Source: Burkholderiales bacterium | Lineage (GTDB): Bacteria; Pseudomonadota; Gammaproteobacteria; Burkholderiales; Casimicrobiaceae | Length of the DNA stretch: 64,000 bases | NCBI GenBank assembly: GCA_046347725.1 | Contig: JAXMFN010000003.1 | Location: forward strand, 239,674-303,673 | Direction of reading: 5' to 3' | Part shown: positions 49,720 to 60,175 of the stretch, piece after piece | Numbering within the stretch: the stretch's first letter is position 1 | Layout of the letters: each line of letters opens with the position of its first letter | Program-made: the position numbers and the translations under genes | The notes under the pieces: generated by a model | What the model was told of the DNA's origin: nothing | Database searches by the model: none | Seen by the model: the letters and a program-made list of their open reading frames with translations, nothing else

Positions 49720-50181
49720 TCAGCTCGTCGGCGACCAGTCCCGGATCGCCGCCCACACCGCCTGCGCGTCCGGGGCGCTCGCCATGCGGTCGCGGAAGGC
49801 GCGCTCGCTGAACATCTGGGCGAGCTCGGAGAGGAGCTCGAGGTGCTGCTCGGTCGCCTGCTCGGGGACCAACAGGACGAAGATCTGGTTGACCGGGCGC
49901 CCGTCCGGGGCGTCGAAGGGGATCGGCTGGGCCAGGCGGACGAAGGCGCCGCGCGCGTCCTTCAATCCCTTGATGCGGCCATGGGGGATCGCGATGCCCT
50001 GGCCCAGGCCGGTCGAGCCGAGTTTTTCCCGGGCGGCCAGCGCGTCGACGACCACCTCGCGGCGCGGACCGCCGCCCGACTCGAACAGTCCCGCGACCGA
50101 CGCGAACAGGTCGCGCTTGTTCGACGCGTCGAGGCCGACGGCGACGTTGCTAGCGGGCAGCAGGGGCGCGATGCGATTCAT
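49720..50181 (-). CDS. ptsN: PTS IIA-Ntr
   Basis: REKLGSTGLGQGIAIPHGR, PIPFDAPDG.PV. Confidence 0.95.
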   Translation of the reverse strand: MNRIAPLLPASNVAVGLDASNKRDLFASVAGLFESGGGPRREVVVDALAAREKLGSTGLGQGIAIPHGRIKGLKDARGAFVRLAQPIPFDAPDGRPVNQIFVLLVPEQATEQHLELLSELAQMFSERAFRDRMASAPDAQAVWAAIRDWSPTS

Positions 50182-50274
50182 CGGGGCCTGACGCGCGACC
50201 GGCGGACCCCCTCGCGGGCGGTCCGCCGGCGCGAGCGGACAAAGGTCGATTCTACACGCGCATGCCGCAGTGCG

Positions 50275-50619
50275 TCACGATCCGGCGTTGGACCAGCTTC
50301 CCGGCGCGCGCTTGATCGAAGCGCCGTCGTGCCGGTCGGCGAGCGTCTTCTCCTTGGCTTTCAGCACCAGCCGGTCGAGCTTGTCGGCCAGCGCGTCGAT
50401 CGCCGCGTACATGTCGGCGTCGATCGCTTCGGCGTGGAGGTCCTTGCCGCGGATGTGCAGATTCGCCTCGACCTTCTTGCGCAGCTTGTCCACCGACAGC
50501 ACGACCGCGACGTCGATCACGTGGTCGAAATGGCGGGTGATCCGCTCGAGCTTGTGGACGACGTAATCACGGATCGCGGGGGTGATCTCGAGGTGGTGGC
50601 CGGTGAGGTTCAGGTTCAT
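50275..50619 (-). CDS. hpf: Ribosome hibernation promoting factor
   Basis: MNLNLTGHHLEITPAIRDYV, DMYAAIDAL.DKL. Confidence 0.95.
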   Translation of the reverse strand: MNLNLTGHHLEITPAIRDYVVHKLERITRHFDHVIDVAVVLSVDKLRKKVEANLHIRGKDLHAEAIDADMYAAIDALADKLDRLVLKAKEKTLADRHDGASIKRAPGSWSNAGS

Positions 50620-50729
50620 GCCCGCTCCTTGTGTGACACGGTGGTTCGGCGCGGCGCGCCGCTCGGACCTCGGGGTCCCGGGGAATCCGCGTCCACGAGT
50701 GCGCGTCTCGTGCACGTGTGCGCGGCCCC

Positions 50730-52217
50730 TTAGAGCGCCCGGCGCAGGTTGACGGGAGGAATCGCCAGCGCCTCCCGGTACTTCGCCACGGTGCGGCGGG
50801 CGACCAGGATGCCCTGTTCGCCCAGCACCTCGGCGATCTTGCTGTCGGTGAGCGGCGCGCCAGGGTTCTCGGCGCCGATCAGTTGCTTGATCAGCGCTCG
50901 GATCGCGGTCGCCGAGGCGGCGCCGCCGGTGTCGGTGGCGACGTGGCTGCCGAAGAAGTACTTGAGCTCGAAGGTGCCGCGCGGGGTCAGCATGTACTTC
51001 TGCGTCGTCACCCGCGAAATCGTCGATTCGTGCAAACCGAGCATGTCGGCGATCTCGCGCAGGACCATCGGCCGCATCGCCACTTCACCGTGCTCGAAGA
51101 AGCGGCGCTGGCGGTCGACGATCGCCTGTGCGACCCGCAGGATCGTCTCGAAGCGCTGCTGGACGTTGCGGATCAGCCACTTGGCTTCCTGGAGCTGGGC
51201 GGCGAGCTGCTGATTGGACGCGTCGCGGGTCCTCGCGAGGATATCGGCGTAGATCCGGTTCACCCGCAGCTTCGGCATCGCGGCTTCGTTCAGGCTGGCG
51301 ATCCACTGGTTGCGGACCTTGCGGACCACCACGTCGGGCACGACGTAGTTCGCCTCCGCGCGCGCGAACGCGGCGCCCGGCCGCGGGTTCACCGACCGGA
51401 TCAGGTCGCGTACGCCGCGGATCACCGCTTCGTCGCACTGCAGCGCGCGCTTGAGCCGCGTCACGTCGCGCGCCGCGAGGAGATCGAGGTGCGACTCGGC
51501 GACCCGGATCGCGGCGGCGCGATGGGGCGTGTCCTCGGGCAGGGCCCGCAGCTGCAGCACGATGCATTCGCTCAGCCCGCGCGCCCCGACGCCGGTCGGC
51601 TCGAGACCCTGCAGGTAGCGCAGCGCAACCGCGAGTTCGTCGACCTCGATCGCGAGCGAGGGGTCGAACATCGCTGCGATCTCCTCGAGCGGCGAGGTCA
51701 GGAACCCGTCGTCGTCGAGCGCGTCGATCAGCGCGCCGACCAGCTGGCGGTCGCGCGGCGGCAGGCCCAGCATCGCCAGCTGGGCGTTGAGGTGGTCGCG
51801 CAGCGTCGAGGCGGCGACCTGCTGCGGATGGAACTCGTCGTCGTCGTCGCTCTCCGAGCCGCCGCCCCAGTCGCCGCCGCCGCCTTCGTCGGTGAAGTCG
51901 ACGTCGGAGGCGGGAACGCCGCGTTCGGTCGCCTCGGCGGTGTCGACCGGTTCCTCGGCGCGCTCGTCGTCGGGTTCGCCGCCGCGCGCCTCCGTGGTCT
52001 CGGCGACGGGCGCCGCCGGCGGGGCCGCGGACTCCGGCGTCGGCGATTCCTCGTCGTCACCCTCGCCCTTCTCGAGCAGAGGATTCTCCTGGAGCATCCG
52101 ATCGACCTCGGCGTTGAGCTCGAGCGTCGAGAGCTGCAGCAGCCGGATCGACTGCTGCAACTGCGGCGTCAGCGTGAGGTGCTGCGAGAGCTTGAGCTGC
52201 AGCGTCGGCTTCATCAA
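50730..52217 (-). CDS. rpoN: RNA polymerase sigma-54 factor
   Basis: [23 protein letters not shown], RpoN box [10 protein letters not shown]. Confidence 0.98.
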   Translation of the reverse strand: MMKPTLQLKLSQHLTLTPQLQQSIRLLQLSTLELNAEVDRMLQENPLLEKGEGDDEESPTPESAAPPAAPVAETTEARGGEPDDERAEEPVDTAEATERGVPASDVDFTDEGGGGDWGGGSESDDDDEFHPQQVAASTLRDHLNAQLAMLGLPPRDRQLVGALIDALDDDGFLTSPLEEIAAMFDPSLAIEVDELAVALRYLQGLEPTGVGARGLSECIVLQLRALPEDTPHRAAAIRVAESHLDLLAARDVTRLKRALQCDEAVIRGVRDLIRSVNPRPGAAFARAEANYVVPDVVVRKVRNQWIASLNEAAMPKLRVNRIYADILARTRDASNQQLAAQLQEAKWLIRNVQQRFETILRVAQAIVDRQRRFFEHGEVAMRPMVLREIADMLGLHESTISRVTTQKYMLTPRGTFELKYFFGSHVATDTGGAASATAIRALIKQLIGAENPGAPLTDSKIAEVLGEQGILVARRTVAKYREALAIPPVNLRRAL

Positions 52218-52234
52218 GCTTCGGCGGCCACGGG

Positions 52235-52957
52235 CTACAGGCGGAAATGCTCGCCCAGATAGACCTTGCGGACCGCTTCATTATAGACAATCTCGTCGGG
52301 CGCGCCCGACGCCAGGACCCGGCCCTCGTTGATGATGTAGGCGCGGTCGCAGATGCCCAGCGTCTCGCGGACGTTGTGGTCGGTGATCAGCACGCCGATG
52401 CCGCGTTCGCGCAGGAACCCGATGATCCGCTGGATGTCCAGCACGGCGATCGGGTCGACGCCGGCGAAGGGCTCGTCGAGCAGGATGAAGCGCGGACGGG
52501 TCGCGAGCGCGCGCGCGATCTCGCAGCGACGACGTTCTCCGCCCGACAGCGAGACCGCCGGCGCGTCCGCCAGGTGGCCGATCGACAGGTCCTCGAGCAG
52601 CGCGTCCAGCCGGTTGGCGATCGCGTCGGGGTCCTCCTCCTGCAGCTCGAGGATCGCGCGGACATTCTCGGCGACGGTGAGCTTGCGGAAGATCGACGCC
52701 TCTTGCGGAAGGTACGAGAGCCCCCGGCGCGCCCGCTGGTGGATCGGCAGCCGCGACAGGTCGTCGCCGTCGAGCGCGATCTCGCCGCCGTCGCCGGGAA
52801 CGAGCCCGACGATCATGTAGAAGCAGGTCGTCTTGCCGGCGCCGTTGGGTCCGAGCAGACCCACGACCTCGCCGCTCGCGACTTCGAGCGATACGTCGTG
52901 CACGACGGTGCGCGACTTGTAGCGCTTGCGGAGGTGGGAGGCCTTGAGCTCGCTCAC
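52235..52957 (-). CDS. lptB: LPS export ABC transporter ATP-binding protein
   Basis: [38 protein letters not shown]. Confidence 0.97.
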   Translation of the reverse strand: MSELKASHLRKRYKSRTVVHDVSLEVASGEVVGLLGPNGAGKTTCFYMIVGLVPGDGGEIALDGDDLSRLPIHQRARRGLSYLPQEASIFRKLTVAENVRAILELQEEDPDAIANRLDALLEDLSIGHLADAPAVSLSGGERRRCEIARALATRPRFILLDEPFAGVDPIAVLDIQRIIGFLRERGIGVLITDHNVRETLGICDRAYIINEGRVLASGAPDEIVYNEAVRKVYLGEHFRL

Positions 52958-53610
52958 TTGGGCGCCGGCTCTGCCGACGGCTTGAGCGGCAGCGGCGCGC
53001 GCGTGGCGGTCGTCGACTTCGGGGCCGCGGCGGGCGCCTTCGGCGCGGGCGCGGACTTCGCGCCCTTGTCGCCGGGGACCGGCAGCGCCGCGCCTTCGCG
53101 CGGCTGGAACGTGCCGCGCACGCGGGCGCCCGGGCCGCCGGCGGCCGCGGCGGCCGGCGTGTCGGGGCGCCCCTCGGCGGTGAACAGCTCGGTCTTGGCG
53201 TTGTAGGAGATGTAGTTGCTGCGGATCTCGTCGGGGCCGCGCTTCAGCAGCGCGCGGTCGAAGAGCTCGAGCAGGTCCTTCGCCCCGTCGTACTCGACGC
53301 GCTGCGCGTATCCCTCGTAGTACTCGTCGGAGCCGTCGCGCCGCTGGCGGAACGAGACCGGGTTGCCGGTCGCGCTCACCTGCATCGAGTTGTCGGCGTT
53401 CTGCTTGAACGTCAGCCGGTCGGCGCGCACGGTGATCGTGCCCTGCGTCAGCACGACGTTACCGTCGAGCTTGCCGAGCTTGGTCTCGTAGTTGAGGTCG
53501 CCGCGGTCGGCCGAGTAGTGGATCGGCTTCTCCCGGTCGCCGACGTCCGCGGCGAGACCGGCCGGCAGGGCGGCGAGGAGGGCGATCGCAACGAGGGCGC
53601 GGGGACGCAT
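52954..53610 (-). CDS. lptA: LPS transport periplasmic protein LptA
   Basis: Signal peptide, DREKPI...[10 protein letters not shown]...RAD, GRVR..FQP. Confidence 0.92.
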   Translation of the reverse strand: MRPRALVAIALLAALPAGLAADVGDREKPIHYSADRGDLNYETKLGKLDGNVVLTQGTITVRADRLTFKQNADNSMQVSATGNPVSFRQRRDGSDEYYEGYAQRVEYDGAKDLLELFDRALLKRGPDEIRSNYISYNAKTELFTAEGRPDTPAAAAAGGPGARVRGTFQPREGAALPVPGDKGAKSAPAPKAPAAAPKSTTATRAPLPLKPSAEPAPK

Positions 53611-53627
53611 GTCGGTCGGGGGAGACG

Positions 53628-54248
53628 TCACTTCGGTGGCGCGGATGGCTCGAGCGTGCCGCTCACCCGGCTCATCAGGCGGACCGTCTTGGCGGCGTTG
53701 TCGAATTCGAGCCCGACGCCCCGGATGATGCCACGCGGCTCCTCGATCGTCACCGCCTTGTCGGTCGTCAGGCGCTCCTCCCGGGTCGCGACCGAGAGTT
53801 CCTCGGTCGTGAGCGTGATCCGGCCGCCGGGCAGGCCGTCCGCGCCCGCACCGGGTGGCGCGTCGCGGACCGCGCGCACGCCGCCGGCGAACCACGCCTG
53901 GTCGCGGTCGGCGGAGACGCGCCCGCGCTCGGCGGAGAGGGTCAGGCGGGGCTTGCCCGGTTCGGCGAGCTCGAGCCGGGGTTCGACCAGGTCGCTCGTA
54001 CCATCGTCGCCGTAGTGTTGCGCGCGCTTGGCCGCCAGCGTCTGCTGGGGCTTGCCGTCGGCGCCCAGGTTCACCGCGCGGAAGTTCTCGATGAACATGT
54101 CCGGTTCGTGGCGCGCGCCGGCGGGCTTGTCCGGCCCCGGCGCCTGCACCTGCGCGTCGAGCCAATAGGTGAGCGCGGCCAGGCCGGCGAGCAGCAGCAC
54201 CGGCGACCAGGCGGTCAGTCGGTCGAGCAGTCGGCGCGTCGGTTCCAT
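53628..54248 (-). CDS. lptC: LPS export protein LptC
   Basis: N-terminal TM helix; beta-jellyroll pattern; position between kdsC and lptA. Confidence 0.88.
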   Translation of the reverse strand: MEPTRRLLDRLTAWSPVLLLAGLAALTYWLDAQVQAPGPDKPAGARHEPDMFIENFRAVNLGADGKPQQTLAAKRAQHYGDDGTSDLVEPRLELAEPGKPRLTLSAERGRVSADRDQAWFAGGVRAVRDAPPGAGADGLPGGRITLTTEELSVATREERLTTDKAVTIEEPRGIIRGVGLEFDNAAKTVRLMSRVSGTLEPSAPPK

Positions 54249-54259
54249 CGTCGTCGATG

Positions 54260-54811
54260 TTACGCCGACGCGCGGGCGGCGACGATCAGGTCGGCCAGCT
54301 CGCGCGCGGCGCCGTGGCCGCCGGCGCGCCGCGTCACGTAATGGGCGTGGCGCCGGACCTCGTCGGGCGCGCCGGGGACGCTGGCGGCGAGCCCGCAGGC
54401 GAGGAGGACCGGGAGGTCCGGGATGTCGTCGCCGATGTGCGCGCACTGCGCGGGTTCCAGACCGAGCGAGGTCCGCAACCGTTCCCAGGCCGGCAACTTG
54501 TCGTCGGCGCCGCGGACCAGGTCGGCGATGCCGAGCATCCGCGCCCGGTGCTCGACCGAGGCCGACGCGCTGCCGGTGATCCAGGCGACCGTCACGCCGG
54601 CCGCGGCGAGCCGCTTGAAGCCGACGCCGTCGAGCGCGTGGAAGGCCTTCGACTCGCGTCCGGTGTCGTCGATGTAGATGCGTCCGTCGGTCAGCACGCC
54701 GTCGACGTCGCAGGTGAGCAGCCGCACGACACGCGCCCGCTCGATCACGCGGCGATCGACAGCGGTCCCGCCCGCGGCTGGCGTCCCGGTCGTGCGATCG
54801 GCGCGGCCCAT
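54260..54811 (-). CDS. kdsC: KDO 8-phosphate phosphatase
   Basis: CDVDGVLTDG, IGDD.PD, GGHGAARE. Confidence 0.93.
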   Translation of the reverse strand: MGRADRTTGTPAAGGTAVDRRVIERARVVRLLTCDVDGVLTDGRIYIDDTGRESKAFHALDGVGFKRLAAAGVTVAWITGSASASVEHRARMLGIADLVRGADDKLPAWERLRTSLGLEPAQCAHIGDDIPDLPVLLACGLAASVPGAPDEVRRHAHYVTRRAGGHGAARELADLIVAARASA

Positions 54812-54813
54812 CG

Positions 54814-55818
54814 TCAGACGATCCGGGCGCGGAACAGGTCGTGGAGGTGCAGCGCCCCGACCAGGCGCCCGTCGTCGTCCACGACGAGGAGCTGCGACAC
54901 CTTGGGGGGGGTCTCCATGACCTCGACGCAATCGACGGCGAGACGGTCCGGCGCGACGGTGCGCGGCGAACGCGTCATCACCTCGTCGACGCGGGTCGAG
55001 CCGACGTCGCGCACCCGATGCACGGTCCGGCGCAGATCGCCGTCGGTGTAGATGCCGGCGACACGCCGATCCGCGTCGACGACGACCGTCATGCCCATGC
55101 CTCCGCGGCTCATCGCGACGATCGCCTCGGCGAGCGTCGCGCCGCTGCCTACGACCGGCAGCGCGGCACCGGTGCGCATCACGTCGGCCACGCGCGTGAG
55201 CAGCCGCCGGCCGAGCGAGCCGCCCGGGTGCGACCGCGCGAAGTCCTCCGCCGAGAAGCCGCGGGCGTCGAGCAACGCGATCGCCAGCGCGTCGCCCAGC
55301 GCGAGGGCCGCGGTCGTGCTCGCCGTCGGTGCCAACCCCAGCGGGCAGGCTTCGGCGTCGACCGCGGCGTCGAGGTGGACCAGCGCCGCCTGCGCGAGCG
55401 AGGACTGGCCCTGGCCGGTGATCGCGACGATCGCCGCGCCCTGCCGCTTCACGTGCGGCACGAGCGTGACGAGCTCGTCGGTCTCGCCCGAGTTCGACAG
55501 CATGACGACGACGTCGTCGGGCGTGATCATGCCGAGATCGCCGTGCTGGGCCTCCGCCGGGTGGACGAAGAACGCCGGCGTCCCCGTCGACGCCAGCGTC
55601 GCGGCGAGCTTGCGGGCGATGTGGCCGGACTTGCCGATGCCGCAGACGACCACGCGCCCGCCGCAGTCGTGCAGGAGCCGGACCGCGGCGACGAACGCCT
55701 CCGACAGGCGGCCCGCCAGCGCCTCGATCGCGCGCGCCTCGGTCGCGAGCACCTCCCGGGCGAGCGCGAGCGCGCGGTCGGCGACCACGCCGGGGGGCGT
55801 CGGAATCGGGGTCTTCAC
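54814..55818 (-). CDS. kdsD: Arabinose-5-phosphate isomerase (KpsF/GutQ)
   Basis: GIGKSGHIARK, HPAEAQHGDLG, CPLGLAPTASTT, HPGGSLG, CBS pair. Confidence 0.96.
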   Translation of the reverse strand: MKTPIPTPPGVVADRALALAREVLATEARAIEALAGRLSEAFVAAVRLLHDCGGRVVVCGIGKSGHIARKLAATLASTGTPAFFVHPAEAQHGDLGMITPDDVVVMLSNSGETDELVTLVPHVKRQGAAIVAITGQGQSSLAQAALVHLDAAVDAEACPLGLAPTASTTAALALGDALAIALLDARGFSAEDFARSHPGGSLGRRLLTRVADVMRTGAALPVVGSGATLAEAIVAMSRGGMGMTVVVDADRRVAGIYTDGDLRRTVHRVRDVGSTRVDEVMTRSPRTVAPDRLAVDCVEVMETPPKVSQLLVVDDDGRLVGALHLHDLFRARIV

Positions 55819-55938
55819 CGGCGCCAGTATAAGAGGCGGACCGCGCCGGCGGCGGGCCGTGCTAACGTCGGGACGCGCGACCGACGCGAGGCCGGGGGCG
55901 ACCGCGTGCCGCGTCTGTCGCGCCGGACGCCCGTCGCC

Positions 55939-57903
55939 ATGCCCGAAACGCTCGCCCTGATCCTCGTCCTGCTCGCGTCGTCGGTCGTCGTCGTCGTCGT
56001 CTGCCGCCTGGTCCGGTTGCCGCCGATCCTGGGCTACCTGATCGTCGGCCTCGTCGTCGGGCCGCACGCGCTCGGTTGGGTCCCCGACGACCGCGCCACC
56101 CGCACGCTCGCCGAGTTCGGCGTCGTGTTCCTGCTGTTCTCGATCGGCCTCGAGTTCAGCCTCGCCCAGTTGAAGGCGATGCGGCGGGCGGTGTTCGGAC
56201 TGGGCCTGGCGCAGGTCGGGATCACCGCCGCGGCGGCGATGGCGGTCGTCCAGCTCGCCGGTCTCGGCTGGCAGCCGGGGCTGGTGTTCGGCGGCGCGCT
56301 GGCGATGAGTTCGACGGCGATCGTCTCCAAGATGCTCGCCGAGCGCGGCGAGCTCGCGACGCCGCACGGCCGTGACGTGATGGGCGTGCTGCTGTTCCAG
56401 GACCTCGCGGTCGTCGCTTTCCTGATCGTCATTCCCTCGCTCGAAGCCGAGGGGATCGCGCTCGCCACGGCGCTATCGGTCGCGGCGCTGAAGGCGGCGG
56501 CGGCGCTCGGGGTCGTGCTCTACGCCGGCCAGCGGCCGACCCGCTGGTGGTTCCGTGTCGTCGCGCGGCTGCGCTCGCGCGAGCTTTTCATGCTGAACCT
56601 GCTGCTGGTGACGCTCGGACTCGCGGCGCTCACCGAGCTCGCCGGCCTCTCGCTCGCGCTCGGCGCGTTCCTCGCCGGGATGCTGATCGCCGAGACCGAG
56701 TTCCGCTACCAGGTGGAGGAGGACATCGCGCCGTTCCGCGACGTGCTGCTGGGCCTGTTCTTCGTCGTCGTCGGCATGTCGCTCGACCCGGCGGTCGTGT
56801 TCCGGCACGGCACCTGGGTGCTGGCGCTGGTCGTCGTGCCGGTCGCGGCCAAGCTCGTGCTCGTCGTGCTGCTCGCCCGCGCGTTCGGCTCGCCGCTGGC
56901 GCAGGCGCTGCGGACCGGCTTCTACCTCGCGCAGGCCGGCGAGCTCGCGCTGGCGATGCTGGCGCTCGCGTCGGTCCATCGGCTGGTCGACGGAACGATC
57001 CTGCAGATCGTGCTCGCGGCGATGGTGCTGTCGATGCTCGCGGCGCCGCTGGTGATCCAGTTCACCGAGCCGATCGTGCGCCGGCTGACCGCCAACGACT
57101 GGCTCGCGCGCGCCGCGCACCTGACCCGTGTCGCGTCGCAGGCGATGGCGCGCCAGGAGCACGTGATCGTCTGCGGCTACGGCCGCAGCGGCCAGAACCT
57201 CGCCCGGCTGCTCGAGGCGGAGGAGATCGCGTTCGTCGCCCTCGACAACGATCCCCAGCGCGTCCGCGAGGCGTCCGGCGGCGGCGCGAGCGTCGTCTAC
57301 GGCGACGCCGGTCGTCGCGAGACGTTGATGGCGGCCGGCCTCGCGAAGGCGCGCGCGGTCGTGGTCACGTTCTCCGACGTACCGCTGGCGCTGCGCATCC
57401 TCCACCAGGTGCAGCGCGAGCGCCCGGAGCTCCCGGTGGTCGTGCGCACCGTCGACGACTCCGACCTCGACCGCCTGCTCAAGGCCGGCGCGACCGAGGT
57501 GGTGCCGGAAGTCCTCGAAGGGAGCCTCATGCTCGCCTCGCATTCGCTGTTGCTGCTGGGAGTGCCGCTCAACCGGGTGCTGGCGCGCATCCGCGCGATC
57601 CGCGAGCAGCGCTACAGCCTGTTCCGCGGCTTCTTCCACGGCGCCACCGACACCGCGGACGCGGTCGAGAATCTGCAACCGCGGCTGCACTCGGTCCTGC
57701 TCACCGAACGCGCCGCGGCGGTCGGCAGGACATTGGGCGAGCTCGACCTCTCCGGCCTGGTCGAAATCAGCGCCGTCCGCCGGGCCGGGTCTCGCCCGGC
57801 GCGTCCGGGGCCGGACTGGCGCTTCGCGGCCGGCGATGTCGTCGTGCTGCTCGGACGCCCGGTCAACCTCGCGACGGCCGAGGGACGTCTGCTCGGCGGC
57901 TGA
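55939..57903 (+). CDS. CPA2 cation:proton antiporter with TrkA-N and TrkA-C domains (Kef-like)
   Basis: AEFGVVFLLF.IGLEFS, LLFQDLAV, CGYGRSGQ, YGDA. Confidence 0.92.
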   Translation: MPETLALILVLLASSVVVVVVCRLVRLPPILGYLIVGLVVGPHALGWVPDDRATRTLAEFGVVFLLFSIGLEFSLAQLKAMRRAVFGLGLAQVGITAAAAMAVVQLAGLGWQPGLVFGGALAMSSTAIVSKMLAERGELATPHGRDVMGVLLFQDLAVVAFLIVIPSLEAEGIALATALSVAALKAAAALGVVLYAGQRPTRWWFRVVARLRSRELFMLNLLLVTLGLAALTELAGLSLALGAFLAGMLIAETEFRYQVEEDIAPFRDVLLGLFFVVVGMSLDPAVVFRHGTWVLALVVVPVAAKLVLVVLLARAFGSPLAQALRTGFYLAQAGELALAMLALASVHRLVDGTILQIVLAAMVLSMLAAPLVIQFTEPIVRRLTANDWLARAAHLTRVASQAMARQEHVIVCGYGRSGQNLARLLEAEEIAFVALDNDPQRVREASGGGASVVYGDAGRRETLMAAGLAKARAVVVTFSDVPLALRILHQVQRERPELPVVVRTVDDSDLDRLLKAGATEVVPEVLEGSLMLASHSLLLLGVPLNRVLARIRAIREQRYSLFRGFFHGATDTADAVENLQPRLHSVLLTERAAAVGRTLGELDLSGLVEISAVRRAGSRPARPGPDWRFAAGDVVVLLGRPVNLATAEGRLLGG

Positions 57904-57965
57904 ACGTCCGGCGACCGCGCGCCGGAGGCCGGTCGCCGGCGGCAAGCGCAACTGACCGCGGGTCA

Positions 57966-57995
57966 TTGCTGGGCCGCGGTTCCCCCCCGTACAAT
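57966..57995 (+). promoter_or_regulatory. Putative sigma70 promoter for the mla operon
   Basis: TTGCTG (57966) - 18 nt - TACAAT (57990). Confidence 0.5.
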
Positions 57996-58017
57996 CGCAG
58001 GTTCGCCGGAGCCCCCG

Positions 58018-58866
58018 TTGATCGCGCTCGCCCCCCTGTCTTCGCCGACGCTGGACCGCACCGCGTCGATCGCCGTCGAGTTGACCGACGTGACGTTCGG
58101 CTACGACCGCACGCGCCAGGTGCTGTCGGGCATCACGATGGCGATCCCGCGCGGCCAGGTCGTGGCGATCATGGGCGGTTCGGGTTGCGGCAAGACGACG
58201 ATCCTGCGCCTGATCGGCGGGCAGCTGCGCCCGCAGCGGGGCCGGGTGCTCGTCGCCGGCCGTTCGGTGCCCGACCTCGACCGCGAGGCGCTCTTCGCGA
58301 TGCGCCGCGAGATCGGGATGCTGTTCCAGTTCGGTGCGCTCTTCACCGACCTGTCGGTGTTCGAGAACGTCGCCTTTCCGCTGCGCGAGCACACCGAGCT
58401 CACCGAAGACCTGGTTCGCGATCTGGTGCTGATGAAGCTCAACGCCGTCGGACTGCGCGGATCGGCGGCGCTCAAGCCCTCGGAGCTGTCCGGCGGCATG
58501 GCGCGCCGCGTGGCGCTCGCCCGCGCGATCGCGCTCGATCCGATGCTCGTCATGTACGACGAGCCTTTCGCCGGCCTCGATCCGATTTCGCTGGGCGTGG
58601 TCGGCCAGCTGATCCGCAAGTTGAACGACGCGCTCGGCATCACCTCGGTCGTCGTCACACACGACGTCTACGAGTCGCTCAAGATCGTCGACTACCTGTA
58701 CTTCGTGTCCGAGGGCCGGATCGTCGCGCAGGGAACGCCGGACGAGGTGCGGGGATCCAAGGACCCGTTCGTCCGCCAGTTCGTCGACGGCGAGGCGGAC
58801 GGGCCGGTGCCCTTCCACGTCAAGTCCGCGTCGCTCGCCGAGGAGTTCGCGCTCGATGCCCGCTAA
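58018..58866 (+). CDS. mlaF: Phospholipid ABC transporter ATP-binding protein MlaF
   Basis: [36 protein letters not shown]. Start uncertain. Confidence 0.92.
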   Translation: MIALAPLSSPTLDRTASIAVELTDVTFGYDRTRQVLSGITMAIPRGQVVAIMGGSGCGKTTILRLIGGQLRPQRGRVLVAGRSVPDLDREALFAMRREIGMLFQFGALFTDLSVFENVAFPLREHTELTEDLVRDLVLMKLNAVGLRGSAALKPSELSGGMARRVALARAIALDPMLVMYDEPFAGLDPISLGVVGQLIRKLNDALGITSVVVTHDVYESLKIVDYLYFVSEGRIVAQGTPDEVRGSKDPFVRQFVDGEADGPVPFHVKSASLAEEFALDAR

Positions 58867-59659
58867 CGCGCTGGTCGACGGTCTGCGTCGCGTCGGCGCC
58901 GGCACGCGTCAGGCGATCGCGCGGCTGGGCTTCGCCGCGCGGTTCGCGGTCGCGGTGGCCGCGCATTCGCCGGAGGGGCTGCGCCGCATCCGCCTGACGC
59001 TGCGCGAGATCTACTTCGCCGGCGTGCTCTCGCTCGTCATCATCCTGGTCTCCGGCCTGTTCGTCGGCATGGTGCTGGCGCTGCAGGGCTACGACGTGCT
59101 CGAGCGCTACGGCGCCTCCGAATCGCTCGGCGTCATGGTCGCGCTCTCGCTGCTGCGCGAGCTGGGACCGGTGGTGGCGGGCCTCCTTTTCGCGAGCCGG
59201 GCGGGCAGCGCGATCACCGCCGAGATCGGCCTGATGAAGGCCACCGAGCAACTCTCGGCGATGGAGATGATGGCGGTCGACCCGCTCGCCCGCGTCGTCG
59301 CGCCGCGGTTCTGGGGCGGCGTCGTGTCGATGCCACTGCTCGCCGCCCTGTTCTCGACGCTGGGCGTCTACGGCGCCTACCTGGTCGGCGTGAAGCTCAT
59401 CGGCCTGGACGCCGGCACGTTCTGGAGCAACATGCAGGCCGGCGTCGACTTCCGCGACGACGTCGTCAACGGGATCATCAAGAGCGTCGTTTTCGGCGTC
59501 ATCGTGAGCCTGATCGCCGTCTTCGAGGGGTACGACGCCAAGCCCACGGCGGAGGGCGTCTCGACGGCGACGACGCGCACGGTGGTGGGCTCCTCGCTCG
59601 CGATCCTCGCCGCCGATTTCGTGCTGACCGTATTCATGTTCCGGGGGGTCGGGGGCTGA
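58856..59659 (+). CDS. mlaE: MlaE permease
   Basis: [23 protein letters not shown]. Confidence 0.95.
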   Translation: MPANALVDGLRRVGAGTRQAIARLGFAARFAVAVAAHSPEGLRRIRLTLREIYFAGVLSLVIILVSGLFVGMVLALQGYDVLERYGASESLGVMVALSLLRELGPVVAGLLFASRAGSAITAEIGLMKATEQLSAMEMMAVDPLARVVAPRFWGGVVSMPLLAALFSTLGVYGAYLVGVKLIGLDAGTFWSNMQAGVDFRDDVVNGIIKSVVFGVIVSLIAVFEGYDAKPTAEGVSTATTRTVVGSSLAILAADFVLTVFMFRGVGG

Positions 59660-59707
59660 GCGCCCCGCCGCCCGACTCGCCGACCGCCCGGAAAACCAAG
59701 GACCACC

Positions 59708-60175
59708 ATGAATCGCTCGACCATCGACCTGTGGGTCGGCATCTTCGTGACGCTGGGGCTGGGTGCGATCCTGTTCCTGTCGCTCAAGGTGGGCAACCTG
59801 CTGACGTCCGGCAGCCAGGAGGGCTACCGGATCGAGGCGTCGTTCGCCAACATCGGCGGCCTGAAGATCCGCGCGCCGGTGAAGTCCGCCGGCGTGGTCG
59901 TCGGGCGCGTCGAACGCATCCACCTGGACCCGACCACCTACGAAGCGGTGGTGACGATGTCGATCGCGCGCGACTACCGGTTCACCAAGGACACGATCGC
60001 CGCGATCCTGACCTCGGGGCTGCTGGGCGAGGTGTACATCGGCCTCGACGCCGGCGGCGACACGCAGATGCTCGCCGACGGCGGGAGGATCGCCAAGACG
60101 CAGTCGGCGGTCGTCATCGAGAAGCTGATCAGCCAGTTCCTGTTCGACAAGGCGCAGTCCGGAGGCGCGAAATGA
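59708..60175 (+). CDS. mlaD: MlaD (MCE domain)
   Basis: F.NIGGLK.RAPVK.AGV.VGRV, TSGLLGE.YI. Confidence 0.95.
   Translation: MNRSTIDLWVGIFVTLGLGAILFLSLKVGNLLTSGSQEGYRIEASFANIGGLKIRAPVKSAGVVVGRVERIHLDPTTYEAVVTMSIARDYRFTKDTIAAILTSGLLGEVYIGLDAGGDTQMLADGGRIAKTQSAVVIEKLISQFLFDKAQSGGAK

Noticed and set aside
54841-55938. Apparent 366-aa N-terminal extension of the Kef-like antiporter
   Set aside because: It is antisense to kdsD; the antiporter sequence begins at the ATG at 55939.
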